Source of the DNA: Octopus vulgaris
Taxonomy: Eukaryota
Direction: 5' to 3'
Assembly (NCBI GenBank): GCA_951406725.2
Contig: OX597828.1
Location: 70,308,001-70,372,000 of the forward strand
DNA length: 64,000 bases
Part shown: piece after piece, positions 39,899 through 53,743 of the stretch
How positions within the stretch are numbered: the stretch's first letter is position 1
Layout: each line of letters opens with the position of its first letter
Made by a program: the position numbers and the translations under genes
The notes under the pieces: model-generated
The model's input: the letters and a program-made list of their open reading frames with translations, nothing else
Database searches by the model: none
What the model was told of the DNA's origin: nothing

Positions 39899-40951
39899 AC
39901 ATAAATACATATATGCATATACATGTGTGTCTGTATGTATGCATGTATGTATGTATGTATGTAGGTAGGTAGAACACACACACACTCTACTACACTCTCT
40001 CTCTCCTGCATGATGCAACAATGCTGTATAGAATGGTCTGTGGTGGCATGGGATAGTGTAGTGGTGGTGCTTGTTGTGGTGTGTGTGGTAGTATGTTTTC
40101 ATAGTGGTGTGTGGTCAAAGATCAAATTAAAGTATGGCGTAATCTTCTATGTTTCATTGGTTACCTCCATATCTTAAATCTCATCAAGCATAACAGACTA
40201 GGTATACTCAGCCACACGAAACGATCTAAATGCAATTGCCAGGTAAATAACAATACCAGAATTGGCAGGTAAAGAGAAATGGTTTGGCCATGAGACATTA
40301 TTAAATTATGTTGTGGTATTTCTATATAAATACAAAAAACAATGTTTATTTTGGATTTTTCCATCTATTCTGGCACTTCAAAGAAAATCGGCCACTGCAC
40401 ATCAACTTGGTGTGTCAGGAATACTCGCAGAATCGCTAACGACTCACAGAATGTTTTTCAAATAGAGAATAGACACAGTTTTGCTTTGTTTTTTTGCGGT
40501 TAACATCTGCTAGTCAACTTTTTAATTACTATTTTATATTTTTTTAATGCGTTCTTCTTTTAAAAGTTTGATGCCGGTCAGAGGAAACGTAGAAGATTTT
40601 AATTGGAAAGTTTTCTCCTAAAATTTATGATGAAAATCCTGAAGTTAAAGCGAGAGGAGAGGGATTCTTGGCCAACCAAATTCTTGCTTTGATGTTTTGT
40701 GTGGATAAACAGTGATACATATGTTCACCATTATCTTACTCCAGGAGGTGGGGTGGAGGACAGGGGCTAGTTAATATTTGAGGAGAGGAAGTGTTAAGAA
40801 GTCTATAAGTTGGTAAGAATTAGTTTAGCAGCAGAGGCCAAGTGGATAAAACAGACACGTGAATTAATTTTGCAGAAAAACCACTTCTTACGCCATCTCC
40901 AGCATTCATCTGTAGAAATCTCTTCATTTATCCATCTATCTACCTACCTAC

Positions 40952-41033
<82 letters not shown>

Positions 41034-41110
41034 GTCTATCTATTTTTATCTATCTATCTATCTGTCTGTCTGTCTGTCTAGCTAGCTATCTCTCCCTGTT
41101 TATCTATTTG

Positions 41111-41144
<34 letters not shown>

Positions 41145-41193
41145 CATCTATCCATCTATCCATCTATCCATCCATCCATCCATCATCTCTCTC

Positions 41194-41240
<47 letters not shown>

Positions 41241-41994
41241 GCCTATCTATCTGTCTGTCCGTCTTTCTATCTATTTATCTATTTATGTATGTATGTATGT
41301 ATGTATGTATGTATCTATCTATCTGTCTGCCTATCTATCTATCTGTCTGCCTATCTTTGTGTGTGTGTGTGTGTACACATATACCTGTACAAGTACTGGA
41401 GTTGATGTAATTGACTAACCTCCTTCTCTTTAAAATTTCTGCTCTTGTGCCTAAATTAGAAACTCTTCTTCTTATTATTGTTTTTTTTTTCTGTTTTCAA
41501 GTATCACATACATTAAGATAATCATATTCGATTATAGGGAGATTTGACTGCTGTTTCTAGCCATTTGATCCACCATATAATGACACCTTTGCCGACCTGT
41601 TATGTACACCCTGTGTGATGTGGAGCAGAGTAAGGTGTATTAAACTACAGAATATTCGGTCATCATATAAAAAAAAAAGACTGGACTGCGGAATGGTGTT
41701 CAGGGTACCACACTGTACATTACGTTAGCCTGTGTGGAGTGGAGTATGGTGGCTAGGGTAGCACACTGGAATATGTATTCCACAATGGGTGGTCATGGTT
41801 TGAATGTCCTTTCGTCATAGGTCAACTGGATAAAAGCTGACCTTGGGCTAAACAACAACACATTATGGAAGACTGTCACTGTTGAAGATGCTAGAAGGTG
41901 ATTGGGGTGTATGTATTATGTTGATCACCATCATAGTTGTTTAACGTCTACTTTCCATGCTGGCATGGGTTGGACGGTTTGACTGAGAGCTGGC

Positions 41995-42226
41995 TAAGGC
42001 GGCAAGCTGGCAGAAACGTTAGCATGCCGGGCGAAGTGCGTAGCCGTATTTCATCTGCCGTTACGTTGAGTTCAAATTCCGCCGAGGTCGACTTTGCCTT
42101 TCATCCTTTCGGGGTTGATTAAATAAGTACCAGTTACGCACTGGGGTCGATGTAGTCGACTTAATCTATGTGTCTGTCCTTGTTTGTCCCCTCTGTGTTT
42201 AGCCCCTTGTGGGTAGTAAAGAAATA
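41995..42226 (+). mobile_element. tRNA-derived SINE family A, young copy (others: + ~2832, 4133, 4395, 4737, 5149, 17285, 18762, 25290, 32610, 33775; - ~13910-14040, ~53750-53970)
   Basis: A-box-like TGGCAGAAACGTTAGC, B-box GAGTTCAAATTCC, conserved core gcctttcatcctttcgggg..gat.aaataagtaccag; 19-bp TSD. Confidence 0.88.
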
Positions 42227-42834
42227 GGTTTGACTGAGGGCTGGCAAGCCATAAGGCTGTACCAGGCCCCAATCCGATCTGACAAAATTTCTACAGCTGG
42301 ATGCCCTTCCTAACGCCGACCACTCTGTGAGTGTAGTGGGTGCTTTTTACGTGTCACTGGCACGGGAGCCAGCCAGGTGGCACTGGCAGGAGTTCTTTTC
42401 CCAGTGGACTCCTTGGATTCTTTTTTTTTACTCTGCTGGACCCTCATAGCCATTTAATGATTAAATAATTCTGTTGTATTTTTATAATGAAATATTTTTA
42501 GGAATTGTATAAAAAAATATTATTCTTTTACTTTTTTATTAGTTTCAGCCATTTGACTGAGGCCATGCTGGAGTACTGCCTTGAAGGGTTTTAGTCAAAC
42601 AATTGAACCCAGGACTTATTCTTTTTTTAAGCCTAGTACTTATCTTATCGGTCTCTTTTGCTGAACTGCTAAGTTACACGGACATAAATACATCAACAAT
42701 GGTTGTCAAGTGGTGATGGGGAACAAACACTGACACAAAGACACACACACACACATACATATATGTATATATATATATATATATATATTAATATATATAT
42801 GCATAAATCGATCAATGGAAATTGCAGATGTGTT

Positions 42835-43222
42835 ACCAGTGCCAGTGGCATGTAAGAGAACCTTCCGTTTCGCGACCGTTGCCAGTGCCGCTCCGACTGG
42901 CATCGTGCCAGTGGCACGTAAAAAGCACCATCCGTTCGTGTCCGTTGCCAGCCTCACCTGGCCCTCGTGCCGGTGGCACATAAAAAGCACCATCCGCTCG
43001 TGGCCGTTTGCCAGCTCTGTCTGGCACCTGTGCGGGTGGCACGTAAAAAGCACCCACTACACTCACGGAGTGGTTGGCGTTAGGAAGGGCATCCAGCCGT
43101 AGAAACACTGCCAGATTTGACTGGGCCTGATGAAGCCTTCTGGCTTCACAGACCCCAGTAGAACCGTCCAACCCATGCTAGCATGGAAAACGAACGCTAA
43201 ACGATGATGATGATGATGATGA
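42835..43222 (+). mobile_element. RTE 3'UTR-only insertion (related copies: + ~9975-10120, ~34310-34510; - ~41940-42390, ~48340-48480, ~51260-51460, ~54030-54195, ~61950-62300)
   Basis: Shared core cccactacactc...ggcgttaggaagggcatccagc...catgctagcatggaaa and (GAT)n tail. Confidence 0.8.
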
Positions 43223-43603
43223 TGTATACACACATATATATATATATATATATATACATACATACATATACATACATAAATACATACATACATACATAAA
43301 TCTACCAAATCCTCTCACAAGGCTTTGGTCAGCCTGAGGCAATAGCTGAAGACACTTTCCCATGCAGTGGGACTGAACCCAGAACCATGTGGTTGGGAAG
43401 CAAGCTTCTTACCACACAACTACAACAAAATCTTATGTGAACCCCCAAGTGTCATACAGACCCTCAAGGATCATGTAGACCCTCCCAAAGGTCATTTGGA
43501 CCCTCAAGGGTCATATGGTTGAGAACCACTGCTTTATATATTCTCTTTCATCTGTTTTATATTAACATATTATTTATTGTTTGTTGTTTATTTCTTCCAC
43601 CAG

Positions 43604-45391
43604 GTGGCAGTTCTCGGAATGGGAAACCAACAGAAAGTGGTGCAACCGGTAAAATTGCCGCTTCATCTCATGCAAAACAAGGTTACGTACCTGACCAACC
43701 ACCAAGGAGTGATGCTGAGGAGATAAACATTTTGTTCAGTGAGAGGAAAATGATGAATCCCGAAGACAATATCAGACAGTATAGATCTGCAAGCTTTTCT
43801 GAATATCAGAGGCTGACTTCAAAACGGTCGGAACTGCATGGAGCCAGCACAACTCTGTTGCATGAGGAATTCTCACAAGACGAGAATGACCAAATCATAG
43901 ATTCATTGGTCAGCATTTATGGAATTCCAATTAGTACTGCAATGAAGTCATTAAAAAGAAGACTTCAAGACGAGTTGCGAAAAGTTACGGAGAGTCGGAG
44001 GCGTAAGATAGAAGAACTTGAGGAAATCCACGCACTTGAGCAACAAATCGAAGAATTAAAACTGGAATCAAAATCGGATTCTAAAGCTGCTTCATTTCTT
44101 CCAAATGGTCACAAGTCTCGATCCCTTCCAAGAAATGGCCGTGGCTTGGTGACGTCATCTTCATTCGATAAATCTACTGCAGTGCGTTCTTCTCCACAAA
44201 TCATACCCAGACGTTCACGTCATCGGCGACAGGCATCAGATCCAATGATAGCAAAGTTTTCTCCTATCAAGGAAGACAAAGACATTGAAGCTGATTTTCA
44301 AGCTAAAGCTAGTGAGGCTTACGATGGTAAGTTCTCAAAGTATTCCACCGATGACAGTTCCCAGTCAGGACTCAGTGATACGGAAAGCACTCGATCCGAG
44401 CCGACTGGAGAATCTTTGAACTCTGCCTACAAGAAGATCAAGCCTTCAGCTTACGCCAAAATGTTTTACACTGGTCGAGCCCAGTCCACTGAACGAATTC
44501 ACTCTTCAGACAGTGCACAGTACTTGTCATCCTCTGCTCCTTTGTCAAGCAGCCAATCAGAGTCGTTCCTTTCTGAAGGCTATGCTGGACATTCGAGAAC
44601 ACCCACTTACTTCTCAGATGATGAAGAGAAGCGAACTAAGGAGGAAAAAAGACAGATATTACAGTATGAAATAGAAAAGAGAAAGAAACAGCTTGAAGAG
44701 ACTGCACGCTTGCAGCACGAACTTATTCGACTTTCTCGTGCTCGACAAGCTGTGGCCCACAGCTATGATGATATCCCCAGACGTTATGCCTATTCCACTA
44801 GTCCCAGACATGTACCGACTGGCATCATTAAGCCCTTGGATGACGAACTACCCTATCAATTAGAACGCTACGTACAGAGCAGTCACGACATACATAAATC
44901 CGATAGTATGGACGCTAAACGAGCCCAGGAACTCGCTCAAGCTCAAGCTAACTACAGCTCCACCGAATATCTAGCTCACAAACAAGAGCTTGCTCGGCGC
45001 CAGTTGTATGACGATTACTCCACTTATGGTTCGTACCCACCTTACGATGCAGGCTTAGGACAATCTCAGGTTTACCCTTCATCTCCAAACCTGATGAACC
45101 GCAGTGACTCTGGTCCTGTTATCATTCAATCAATGCCCCCCACTTTACCGTCATCTGGAATCTCTGGTAGTGTCACTCTACCAGAAATCAACAGGTCAGA
45201 CATGGATATTATGCCTTCCAGAGACCTACATCAACATCAGTTCTCCTCAGATACAGATAACAGCCCAGCAAGTGATTACACACCTGCTATGCCGCTGTTG
45301 GATGATATCACCACCAGATCACGTAAGATCCTACATGATATTGGTAACCGACCCCTGTCTGCTGAGTTTAACTTGCCTGGAGGTGTTGATG
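43604..45391 (+). CDS. PCLO: Piccolo-like large exon D (1788 nt; two coiled coils)
   Basis: Acceptor ttccaccag|GT (phase 1) within the 638-aa ORF; donor ATG|gtgagt (phase 1); coiled-coil segments LKRRLQDELRKVTESRRRKIEELEE and EEKRQILQYEIEKRKKQLEE. Confidence 0.92.
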
Positions 45392-45969
45392 GTGAGTGCA
45401 ACTTTCTTATACACAACTTAATCATTAGTTTTTAATTGACAATGCATAATTAATCATCCTTATTTGTTTTAACATCTACTTTTCCTTACTTGCTTATGTC
45501 AAATGAGACTTTGCTGAGGCAGTGTCTTCGCTGGTTCAATTCTCTCCTTGATGCTGATCCTCACCTGTTTCCAAGCAGTTTAATTATTTCCTTTGTCTGT
45601 TGAATAATGAGCAGCCCTGCATGCTTTTGCAGGGGCCTGCTAACAAACGACACCCCTCTCACCCTGCCAACTACTGTCCTATTGCACTCATTTACATATA
45701 CCCCTTCCCACACACACACACACACACACATATGTATATTTTGTATAAAAAGAACATAAATGGGGTTTTTATACCTACCCCACACCTAGAACCTACCCTG
45801 TGCCAGATCTACAGTTTAAACTGGTTTTGCTATTTACATATCTGCAACATGCTACCAACACATGATACTTCGTGGTTGTCTTACCTCACTGTGAACCCTA
45901 TGTTATGGTACCTAGCCAGTTCTGGCATCCTGCGTGTTGATGTGCCTGGATTCTAATGAACCTGTAACT

Positions 45970-46011
<42 letters not shown>

Positions 46012-46417
46012 GACATATATATGTGTGTATGTAAGATAGGCTTCTCTCAATTCTCATCTACCAGATGCATTCATAAAGCATTGATTGGCTTGGGACTCTG
46101 GAAGGCACCTATCCAAAGTGCCATGTGGAGGGACTGAACCTGAAACCATTTGGTTGCGAAGCAAACTTCTCTACCACAGAACAAAAAAAAAAATGATAAA
46201 ATAGCAGATTTGCAAAGGTGTTGGGGAGGGTTCTAATGGTTCAGGCAGTGTGTTTAATTGGAGAAAGTAAGAGAGATTTAACTGTGAGGCATTCATCTGT
46301 GGGAAAGTGGGATGGGGAAAGGGTTTGTGTTGACCAGGGTTCAAATCTCTCAGTAAAAATCATTTTATATTTCATAGTGGACATTGTTTTCTATTTTATA
46401 TTCTATGTTTTGTGTAG

Positions 46418-46539
46418 ATTTAATGAATGCCATGTACCGAGTGGAAAGTGACAATAGTGTCGATGCTGATGAACCAATCATGAAACATATGACAGAAGGA
46501 GGTGTCACCATTTTGAAACAGCTGGAACGGAAGAAACAG
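46418..46539 (+). CDS. PCLO: Piccolo-like exon E (DLMNAMY...LERKKQ)
   Basis: Acceptor ttttgtgtag|AT (phase 1), donor CAG|gtacat (phase 0). Confidence 0.85.
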
Positions 46540-47008
46540 GTACATCGTCAGCTCTTCCTCTCTCCAACCTCTCTCACTTACTCTCTTTCTCTCACTCGCT
46601 CACCCTCTCTCTCTCTCTTTCTCTTTCTGTATTTGAGTGAGTATATCTATATAGATGTGTGTGTGTGTGTATGTATGTGTGTAAGGATTCCGAAGATAGT
46701 GTAACAGCTCTTGGCTGTTGTGACGCTACAAGAATACACAAAACCAAAATGCTGGTAATCGGTAAGAATGTTAACTGAAAGACTTTTAGAGGCATGAGAG
46801 AATTCTTGCACTTATTTGCAGAGATGATAAAAAATGGAGAATAAAAGTAAATATTTTCTTTAAAATTTTGAAAATTTCTTGATGCTTGAAGCTGGAGAAC
46901 TCTGTAAAACTGTTGGCCTTGATTCAACTTGAAAAAACAATATTTTTTTATATTAGATATTTGTTTAGCACAATTTAAAGCAGAAATTTTAATAAAAGAC
47001 CATTCCTT

Positions 47009-47240
47009 TGGTCTCACAGCACCCTACTAACTGCACCTCACTGGTTTTACAGCACCCTATTAATTGCACTTCTGTGGTCTCACAGCACCCTACTAACTGC
47101 ACCTCTGTCGTCTTAAAGCATCTTTCTAACTGCACCTCTGTGGTCTTACAGCACCCTTCTAATTGCACCTCAGTGGTCCTATAGCACCCTTCTAGCTGCA
47201 CCTCTGTGGTCTTACAGCACCCTACTGACTGCACCCCTAT
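47009..47240. repeat. 33-bp minisatellite (~7 units)
   Basis: Unit tggtctcacagcaccctactaactgcacctc(ac/tg). Confidence 0.9.
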
Positions 47241-47460
47241 GGTGTGACCTAGCCCTTGAGACCAGAAGGTATTAGTTCCATTAAAATCCAAATAGAGTTT
47301 GGAGTCTATGCATCATTTCCTTGTGTTGAATAAGAGGAAACTTTCAGCAGATTTCATGAAAGAATTTCACTAAAAGATTATGGAATTTTCACTTGTGCCT
47401 TCTTGGACCAAAATCAAGTAATCTCCACTGCAAGGGGATTGGCACAGACTGAAATCAAAT

Positions 47461-47654
47461 TTAACCCTTTAACATTCAGATTACTGTCATTCAGATTGCT
47501 TATTCAGATGGTTTTGAGTTAATCATGCGTTATTTCATAACTGTGATTATTTTATTACATTGTAGGGTTGGTAGGAGAGGTGGGATGTGGTCAGTTTGAC
47601 TGTAAAACAGAATATTTAGGCTGGATATGACCAGTTTAAATACTACAGGGTTAA
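47461..47654. mobile_element. piggyBac-type MITE
   Basis: ttaaCCCT ... AGGGttaa termini (TTAA TSD). Confidence 0.5.
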
Positions 47655-47724
47655 GATTTTGAAATAAGGGAAGGGACTGAACCTGACTGCTTGGATTTGG
47701 AGATTATAATGAAAAGAAAGTGGA

Positions 47725-47965
47725 GGTGTGTGGCTTGGTGGTTAAGGGCATTGGACACATGAATGCAAAATTGTGGTTTCAATTCCTGGACCGGGTAAAG
47801 CATTGTGTTCTTGAGCAAAACACTTCATTTCATGTTGCTCCAGTCCACTCAGCTGGCAAAAAGGAGTAACCCTGCGATGGACCAACGTCCCATCCAGGGA
47901 TGTGGGGAATATATATGCCACTGAATCCTGGAAACCAGCCCTCATGAGCCTGGCATGGCTCGAGA
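47725..47965 (+). mobile_element. tRNA-derived SINE family C (others: + ~3410-3650, ~18595, ~49625; - ~28560-28860, ~62690-62815)
   Basis: gtggcttggtggttaagg...tttcaattcctggac head and cttgagcaaaacacttcatttca core. Confidence 0.75.
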
Positions 47966-48768
47966 ATGAAACAATTATTTTTATTCTAATGAAAAGAAAA
48001 TGATTTTATTGAGTATATTAGGAGAATGAAAGTGGTTACAGAGAAAAACCTAGAGGAACAGATGGACATCGATAATGATGAACGTGTTGTTTATCAAGCA
48101 ACTGACCGGGAAAGAGTGGACGTGATACAAGATGGTGAGTAAAGAAAAAAGCAAGATGATGATGATGAAAATGTAGAGAAGAACAAAGAAGCATAAGAAA
48201 GAATTTCCATAAGAAACTGTATCCAGAATGAGCAGATATTTAATAGCAGGATTAGGACAGAAGGACTCTAAAACAGAACAAAAATATCATCATCATCATC
48301 ATCATCATCATCCTCTTCCTCTTCCTCTTCATCATCATCGTCATCACATGTCCAATTTCCATCCCTGACATGGGTTGAACAGTTTGACAAGGAACTGGCA
48401 AGCCAGAGAGCTGCACCAGGCTCCACTTGTCTGTTTTGGCATGGTTTCTACAGCCGGATGCCCTTCCCAATACCAACAATTTTACTGTCCATTTATTCGA
48501 TTCAAACAGAATTAATTAGAAGGAAATCTGAGAACCAGAAGCAAAGTAACGGGCAAAAGTTGCTGGTGAGGGTTGTTTAACAATGTTGCCAAGGTGCATT
48601 CCAACACACAAACTTCCCGTCCCTATATTTCCTCTGGTCTTGATGTGTATTTGGGGCTAGGTGTACTTGTTGACCATGGAGATCCTGATCATCCTGTATA
48701 CCATGTCAAATATTCTGTGTTTAAATAATGTCAATATGTATATATATATGTGCTTATATGATGCATGT

Positions 48769-48812
<44 letters not shown>

Positions 48813-48850
48813 ATGAAATGTTGTCATATATTTGTTTTTTTCTGTTACAG

Positions 48851-48935
48851 CCAGCACCAACACAACCTAAACGGTACCCATTCATCACAAAAAGAATCTT
48901 ACTTACAAGAGATCCAAAGGACAAGTCAATCAAAG
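48851..48935 (+). CDS. PCLO: Piccolo-like exon F, PDZ N-terminal strand (PAPTQPKRYPFITKRILLTRDPKDKSIK)
   Basis: Acceptor ttctgttacag|CCA (phase 0), donor AAG|gtttgt (phase 1); Piccolo/RIM-type PDZ start. Confidence 0.88.
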
Positions 48936-49296
48936 GTTTGTAACTATGGTTAATATATACATGTGTGTTACTGTTTTTGACCCCGGGGAAGGGGCTGTGC
49001 CCGTAGCTTCTTCAAGCCCCACCAAAACCGAACAGCTGCATGTTGATGGCCACAGGGGCAAAACATGAAGGGGGAAAGAATCGGGAGGGAGGATGTTGTG
49101 GGAGCGCAGAAGGACTGGGGAAATGGATAATGGTGGTGATGGTGGAAGAGTAGAGACATTATGGGTGAAGTGAAGAGGAGGGATGAATGCATTAGTAGGT
49201 CCTGAAAAATGGTCATCATTGCTCCCCTTTCTCTTCGGACTAACAACTAACCCACCAGCCCATATATATATATATATATACATTTATTATATATAT

Positions 49297-49560
49297 TATT
49301 CAATGTACACAATATAAAGATACAAGCTATTTCTTGGTGTGAAGACACATGTCTTGGTCAGTTTTTATGATATACCTTGTGTCTCCAAGCAATCTTTGGA
49401 CTCCAAGACACAAGGCATGTTATAAGAACTTACCAAGACACGTGTCTCCATAGCAAGAAACTATTAGTGGCTTGTGTCTTTATATTCTGTACACTAAATG
49501 ATATTTATTTCTCACTTGATGGGGTATTTTAGTAATTAATGGAACAGTAAACTATATATA
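49297..49560. mobile_element. Palindromic MITE-like repeat (half copy at ~22200-22370)
   Basis: tgtacacaatataaagatacaagc ... gcttgtgtctttatattctgtaca inverted arms; both copies end aatggaacagtaaac(TA)n. Confidence 0.6.
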
Positions 49561-50909
49561 TATATAATTAATCAAAGGACATACTAAGTATGTTTACCTG
49601 CTGGAAATAACAGTCAAAACTCTTATTTTCTTGTCACTTCAGTCCACACAGCTGGCAAAAGTGAGTTGTACCTGTAATTCAAAGGGGGAGGGGGCAGCCT
49701 TGTCACATTCTGTATCATGCTGAATCTCCCTGAGAATTATGTCAAGGATACATGTGTCTGCGGAGTACTCGGCCACGTGCAAGATAATTTCACAAACAGG
49801 CTGTTCATTTGATCAGACCAACTGAAACACTTGTGGTAACTGATGGAATGGCAGTTATCATAAAACCGTTTATTGTCATAATAATGTGCTCATCCATGGA
49901 ACACTTGTTCATTCTCTGCCTCGTGACTCCACTGAAGAAAGGGATCACCAACTCTCATCAAAATATGATGAACATCATCATCTTTATCATCTTTTACATC
50001 ATCATCATCATCTTTTTTATCATCATCATCATTATCTTCATGATCTTTTCCATCATCATCATTGTCATCTTCCTCGTCTTTTTCATCATCATGTTCATCA
50101 TCTTCATCATTATCATCATCATCTTTATAATTATCATCATCATCATTGTCATCGTCATCATCATTTTCATCATCATCATCATCCTCGTCTTTTTTCATCA
50201 TCATCATCTTCATAATCATCATCATCTTCATCATCTTTTTAATCATCATCATCATCATTTTCTTTTCATCCTATTTTGATGAGGGTTGGTGGCCCACTTC
50301 TTCTTCAGTACAGTACCCCGGCATGTGGACTCTTAAACATGATTCTGCTTGTATAAAAAAAAAGTAAATAACTATGGCACAATTATATCAGCTCATTAGG
50401 CTGGGGTCTCCCTGGGTTTCCATCATCCATAACTGACCAACAGTGTGCAATTCACCCTCATGCCACACCACGAAAAGGATGCCATTCCATTACAGAGTGA
50501 ACCTGCAGGGGGTTAGGCCACATACCTTCAGACACTGTGTACTCCATGACATTTGCTACATGCACAGACGTATAACATATTATTGTAGACAAACACACAC
50601 ACACATAATATACTTGCAACATTAACAGAGTGTTGAAGTTCTTAAACTCAGTCACCCTTATCTCCCAGAAAAGAGTGTGTGTGCGTGTGTGTGTGTGTGT
50701 GTTGGTGGATAGGTGTTATAGAGCCATCATTTGGCTGGGGACCCAACTACTATTTGTTGGCTCAGACTAATGAACAAAGCACCAATTAGATGTTCACAAT
50801 GAAAACACTGTCACCTCCGTATCATCTCCTCACTTGAGCAACATGGAACTACTGTCATAACATAACGAGTTTCCTTATAACTGATACGTACACATGTATA
50901 TATGTGTGT

Positions 50910-51015
<106 letters not shown>

Positions 51016-51117
51016 ATGCATACATACATATAGATATATCTATATATATGTATATATTTGTTGCAAAGATCCTCATTGTTATAATTAGATATAATTTTAT
51101 ACACATGCATATATATA

Positions 51118-51178
<61 letters not shown>

Positions 51179-51464
51179 GTATATATATATGTGAGTGCGT
51201 GTGTGTGTGCATGTATGTGCACCCTGCGATATACATATATTGTCATCATCATCATCACCATCATCATTTAACGTCCGCTTTCCATGCTAGCATGGGTTGG
51301 ACGATTTTGACTGAGGGTTAGTGAACCAGGTGGCTGCACCAGGCTCTAATCTAATCTGGCAGAGTTTATTACAGCTGGATGCCCTTCCGTACACCAACCA
51401 CTCCGAGAGTGTAGTGGGTGCTTTTACGTGCCACCGGCATGAGGGCCAGTCAGGCAGTACTTTA

Positions 51465-51501
<37 letters not shown>

Positions 51502-53691
51502 TATATATTATATAGATGGTTACAGATGTGTGTATACATATATATCCATCTATATATAAAAGCATAATTACACGTAGGTATCCATGTATCTATATCTATA
51601 TATGTATGTATGTATGTGTATATATATATATATGTATACATGCCCATACACGTACACACACATACACATATATCTATATATATATATGGAAATCTGTATA
51701 AACAAATATGTGTATACAGTTTACTTTACATGTCAAAAATTGAAAAAGAGATGGGATCCACTTCCCCAAATATTTTTTACCCCCCCCCCACCCCATCATA
51801 AGCATCTGGAGATGCAAAGAGGCAGAAATGATGATGTCATATCAGTAGGGTGGTCAGTTTTTACTGTCTAACAGCAGTCAACGCTGTTGCCCTTGTAGTA
51901 GTGATAGTGGTGGTGGTGGTGGTGGTTGCAGTGTGAGTAAAGTACCTAGAAAGTTCCTTCATGTAGAAAACTGTTCCCTTAATTCAATAATTTCTTCCAG
52001 GCCTCGCCCATCCTGCCTCTAACCCTTCCAAAAACAATCTTATCTTAACAAATTGCTTTGTTATTTTTCTTCACACCCTGCTCTCCCCTTTTATATTTAT
52101 TTAATTCTATTTGTTTTATTTCATTTTGTTTTTCTCTATCTTTCTCTCAGGGAATATCTGTCAAACACAAACATTCACACTTTTTTCCATCCCTGCCATG
52201 ACATCCACCCCAACCCCTAGTCCAAGCACTATCCACCACCCCAGCCTGTGCAATTAAACATAAACAGCTTATTAAGGTCTCCATCTCCCTTTGTAGAACC
52301 CTACCAACTTTCCACTGGGTCTCCAGTGAGGGTGGTTTTTAGGTAGTAGTGATGGTGGGAGGGGTGGGAACTGTGGTACTTTCAGTAGTAATGGTGGTGG
52401 TGGTGGGGGTAGTGGTGGTGGTGGTGGCGGCGGCGGCGGTGGTGAGTCATAGTGTTGCTGTCATTCAACCCCAGCTCAGTTTTGATCAAAAGTCCTATCT
52501 CCAAAAGCCATTCCAGCCATGCCCATCTTATCTAAGGCTACTTTGTCCTTTGCTTTTCTTGTTTTCTTTTCTTCAGATAACAGTGTGTAATCAGTGAGTA
52601 TTTGGTTTCTGTTTCTAGCAGTTTGGAGTGACTGCATAGAGACTCCCTGGTTGTCCCTGGAGGTAGTGGTGTTGGATAATGGTGGGCATGGGAGGAAATG
52701 GTGGTGAGAAGGGGATGGTGAGGTGGCAGGGGTATGGAAAAGTGATGGTGGTGGTGGTGGTGTTGAGAAGATGGTAGTGATGGTGATTGTGATAAAGGTT
52801 GTAGATGTGTTGATGTTGGTGGTGGTGGTGGTGGTGAAAGTGTTGTGATGGTAGTGGTGGTGGTGGTGGTGATTATGGTGAAAGTGTTGTGATGGTAGTG
52901 GTGGTGGTGGTGGTTGTGATGATGGAGGTGGTGGTGAAGTTGTTGTTGTTGTTGGTGATGGTAATGGTGGTAGAGGTGGAGGTAGTAGTGGTGATGATGG
53001 TGGTGGTGTTGAAGGTGGTGGTGGTGGTGGTGGTGGTGGTGTAGGAGATAGCAGTGTGAATTTGTCACTCGGAAGAGAGCTGTCTTTCTGTTTATTTATT
53101 TTATAATTTCTCCCCATCTCATCTCCACCACCACAACCACCGTACACCACCATTGCCAATACCATGCACCAATACACCACCACCACCACCACCAGAATCT
53201 CTTCCTCCTCTTCCCCCTCCCCATGGTATGGGACAAAGGGAGATGAATAAAAAAAATGGGGTGCAAATTACAGTTTATTTTCTCTTATTTTGTTTCCACA
53301 ATTTCATGTCTGTGTGTGGTGGGGGTGGTGGTCTTTGCTTTCTGGTTTTTTTTTTTTTTTTTGTATTTCTATTTATTTTATTTCATTGTTTTTCTTTTGT
53401 TATTTCCCACTCTCCGAATTAAGTTTAGAAGACGGATAAAAGACAGGAATGTTCCCAAGAGACCTGGGAACTGATTCTCTTTTTAACAAACAACTAACTC
53501 AAATGTCCTTTCTTTCGATTCGAAGACACCCACAAGAATTGTCTACAGCAGAGTTAAACTTGGCAATATTTGAACTAGAGGTGATGCAGTGGCTTTTATC
53601 CATTTGCTTAGTTCATCTCGAAGCAAAACCACTCCCTTCCGCAAAAACCCAACTGCAAAATTGAATGATAAATAAGTAAATAATAATAATA

Positions 53692-53743
<52 letters not shown>

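Noticed and set aside
41995-42090. tRNA gene-like A/B boxes
   Set aside because: SINE heads present in many diverged copies; no complete cloverleaf.
43100-43160. CTGATGA followed by a hairpin in the RTE tail (hammerhead-like)
   Set aside because: No GAAA after the stem and no matching stem III/NUH; the motif is absent from most other copies.
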